Below are positions 50,557-53,452 of a DNA stretch of 53,452 nucleotides, piece by piece. The notes beneath the pieces are model-generated. The model had not been told where the DNA came from. It did not search any database and saw only the letters and a program-made list of their open reading frames with translations. Origin of the DNA: Chara braunii. Its lineage: Eukaryota > Plantae > Charophyceae. Each line of letters opens with the position of its first letter. The stretch's first letter is position 1. Location: contig BFEA01000039.1 of the NCBI GenBank assembly GCA_003427395.1, positions 730,129 to 783,580 on the forward strand. The letters are read 5' to 3'. A program made the translations under genes and the position numbers.

Positions 50557-51546
50557 TACCATCCGTGTTTGTTTATTTCGCTCTCTATCTTTTCGGTTTG
50601 GTACTCGTACTTTTCTTGTCCTTCATTCTTTCCTTTTTATTTTTTTATTTTTGGGGGGGGGTGCATGTTTGCTTTCCTTCCTTGGGTATTCCTGACTGCA
50701 TGCTTTTCTTCCAGTGTCACTTATTTGACATTTTTTTTCTCGCTGTGCTGCCTCACTGCCCTTTGCTTTGCTCGCCTTTTCTTCCCTTGCTGTGCTTTGA
50801 TGCCGCTTTGTCTTTCCATGCTGCTTATTTCCTCGCCACCCTTTGCCTCACTGCGCTTTGCCTTGCTGCCATGTCTGTCCATGCTGCTTGCGTGACCAGT
50901 TAGCTTCCCCTTCTTCTTCTTCTTCTTCTTTTTTCCGGAAAATCAGAAACTCAGTGTTAATGAGAAATGGAAGAGGCCGCGGATCCTCACACACAACCCG
51001 GAAAATCTGGGGCCATCAGCCAGCTTAGGCTTGGAACTGGAAACCAGGCCCAGTGTCCAATCCATCTCCAGAATGAGAGCCTGGCTGGTTAGCTGCCATT
51101 TGCCTCGCTACTCTATGGAAAACTGGACCCAAATCCCAGGCCACCCTCCTTTTTCTATTTCCTTTTTTTGCCACCCTCCTTTTCTATTTCCTTGTTTGCC
51201 ACCCTCCTTTGTCTATTTCCTTTTTTGCCCCCCTCCTCATATGACCCGAAGTCTCCAGCAAGAGCAGTTCACCCACTAAATTCATCAAATTACTCATGAC
51301 AGAAGATCCTACAAGCAAAAAAATTTGCCCACAACACCGACAACAGAGCAGGCTGCTGCATACCCATCGACGCCTTATGTACCTAGCTTGGCAAATGCTC
51401 ATCAAATAACTACTTACAACAAATCCTACGGGCAACAGAGGCAGCCACGAGCAGCCCAGGACAGAGAGAACAGAAAACAAGATGGATATCCATTGGTCCC
51501 TCGGGCGGGCATCTTGCCTACCAAACGTGAGCTGGCAGATCAGACC

Positions 51547-52045
51547 ATGGGACTGACTATGGCACCGTATGCCCTATGGGACTGACTATGGCAGTGGATT
51601 GATGGAACCGACTATGGGACCATACACGCTGTGGGACCGACTATGGCACCATACGTGCTATGGGACTGACTATGGCACCATACGTGCTATGGGACTGACT
51701 ATGGCACCATACACGCTGTGGGACCGACTATGGCTCCATATGCGCTCATCCACGCACCCATGGTCAGTCCCGTACCATGGCACAGCCTGCGCTGGAGGAC
51801 TGACTATGGCACCGTATTGATGGGACTGACTATGGGACCATAAGCGCTATAGGACTGACTATGGCATCATGTTGACCGGACCGACTACGACACCACATGA
51901 TGTGACTGACTCTGGTACTGTAAGCGCTATGGGACTGACCATGGCACTGTAAGCGCTATCATGGGACTGACTATGGCACAGCTATGGGACTGACTACGAC
52001 ACCTCCTAAGCGCCACAGGACTGACTATGGCACTGCTATGGGACT
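51547..52045. repeat. Minisatellite, ~30-bp unit ATGGGACTGACTATGGCACCATACGTGCT
   Basis: More than a dozen degenerate tandem copies; inverted units near 51760 and 52130. Confidence 0.9.
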
Positions 52046-52638
52046 CATCCACATGTCCCCAGACACAGGGGTGGGGTACTAAGTGTCATATTGGCCGCCT
52101 TAGCCATGTTCAATAACCGCCTGCAGCGCCATAGTCAGTCCCATAGCACCGCCAGAACCACTCAACTAGCAACTAAAGGAGTCCCAAAGCCTTCAACTAC
52201 GTTCAATTACAGCCACAAGCACTCAATTGGCACCCTCAGAACGTGCCAACACCATCACCACACGAAAAAGAAAGAAAAGGCTTTCGCACCTGGCAATTTT
52301 GCATTTAGTCTACCGGGTTGTTTTTCTTAGGGTCGGTCGGCAGCAGAGTGGCTCGGGAAAGCGAGGCTCAGAAAAGAGAGGCTGCAAACACTTGCAGTTT
52401 CAACTACACCCCCGTGTCGTGGCACCCACCACGAGGGATCACACCCACCCATGGTGCAGAAGGGAGCTGCAGACCACAGGCCAGTTCAACCTACCACCTT
52501 CGTAGTTTCCTGCCTGACTAACCTGGTGCTCCCCCTTTTAAACCACCAGTACTTCCAAGGCACTTTTTCTCCGCGGCTGGAAATGTACCCCAGGCCCAAA
52601 AAAAAGGAAGCGGCGCAGGCCTCCTTCGACTGGTGCCA

Positions 52639-52827
52639 CTACCTTCTTTACCTTCACCTTCTTCCCCTGAACATAACGCATATGCGTTGTAAACGAATAC
52701 AACGCATAGGATGCCTTCTATTCATTCAAATAGCCCTCAATTTCGAATACAATGCATATGCATTCTGTTCAATTTTTTTTTCCAAATCTTGAAACTCGGC
52801 GTTATGTTCGGGGGGGGAAGAAGGTAG
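52639..52827. mobile_element. MITE (CTACCTTCTT...GAACATAACGC ends)
   Basis: Inverted terminal match GCGTTATGTTC...GGGGAAGAAGGTAG. Confidence 0.65.
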
Positions 52828-53418
52828 CCGTTTTGCTCCGGAGGATGCCTACCCCTGAAAGATAACGCCTTGGACCACCAAAACCGAGTCTTCTTGTCGA
52901 GATTTGCTGGTCACCCACTCCCGAAAATTTTGCACCTCAGGCCACAATGGCCAGCACCACCAGTCAGAACAGAAAGGAGGCGAGAGAAAGGTCTGAAATT
53001 CATGCGAAAACAGGAATAGCCCAAAAGATTAAAATCATTTTTTATTTTTTTTTTCCCAATCATTAAACCACCAGTACCTTTGCCAGTCTCTTCAATGCGG
53101 CCCCAAGCAAGCGCTCCACTCCACAACTTTCGGGGGTCAGCCTACGGGAGCAAAATGGATGGTGGCGCCACCCAAAATGAAGGGTCCAAAATGACTGGGG
53201 GTTCAAAGTTTTGAAAATACAGGGAGGCTGAGGGGGCTAATCATGGGGGCTAATCATCTTTGTTGTCCATTTCTCTATTTGTGCGTGTCATCCTCGTGCA
53301 CAAAAGCCCGGGAAAGGGGTGATCTGGGAAAACCACTACAGCTGATTCCCAAAAGAACACAGAGAGCTCCTCTTTCTGGGAAAGGGGTGATCCGGGTGGA
53401 GACTGGGCGGGAAGAAGG

Positions 53419-53452
<34 letters not shown>

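Noticed and set aside
51547-52045. CRISPR-like repeat/spacer appearance
   Set aside because: The intervening segments are short and related to each other, there are no cas genes, and the context is eukaryotic.
47408-53452. ABP1 exons 1-2
   Set aside because: No signal peptide or 'GLSHxTxAG..HG' exon was found by eye on the minus strand.

Overview
Repeat-rich eukaryotic DNA, most likely from a plant or streptophyte alga. That assignment is inferred from the ABP1 gene; the species cannot be determined. One host gene is present: the 3' part of AUXIN-BINDING PROTEIN 1 on the minus strand, with four GT-AG exons (39863-47407) that splice in frame, keep the cupin metal ligands, and end in an unusual ~60-aa extension terminating in HTEL. 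The rest is nested mobile DNA: four degraded L1/Tx1-type LINEs of one lineage, a Penelope-like RT fragment with a type I hammerhead, a non-coding repeat family carrying type III hammerhead ribozymes (one copy has an intact catalytic core), about 10 copies of a conserved hairpin-pseudoknot-hairpin module at LINE/SINE 3' ends, several MITE families, tRNA-derived SINE heads and a ~4-kb composite segmental duplication. There are two N gaps and one Nextera mate-pair adapter artefact. All structures were read by eye and no searches were run.
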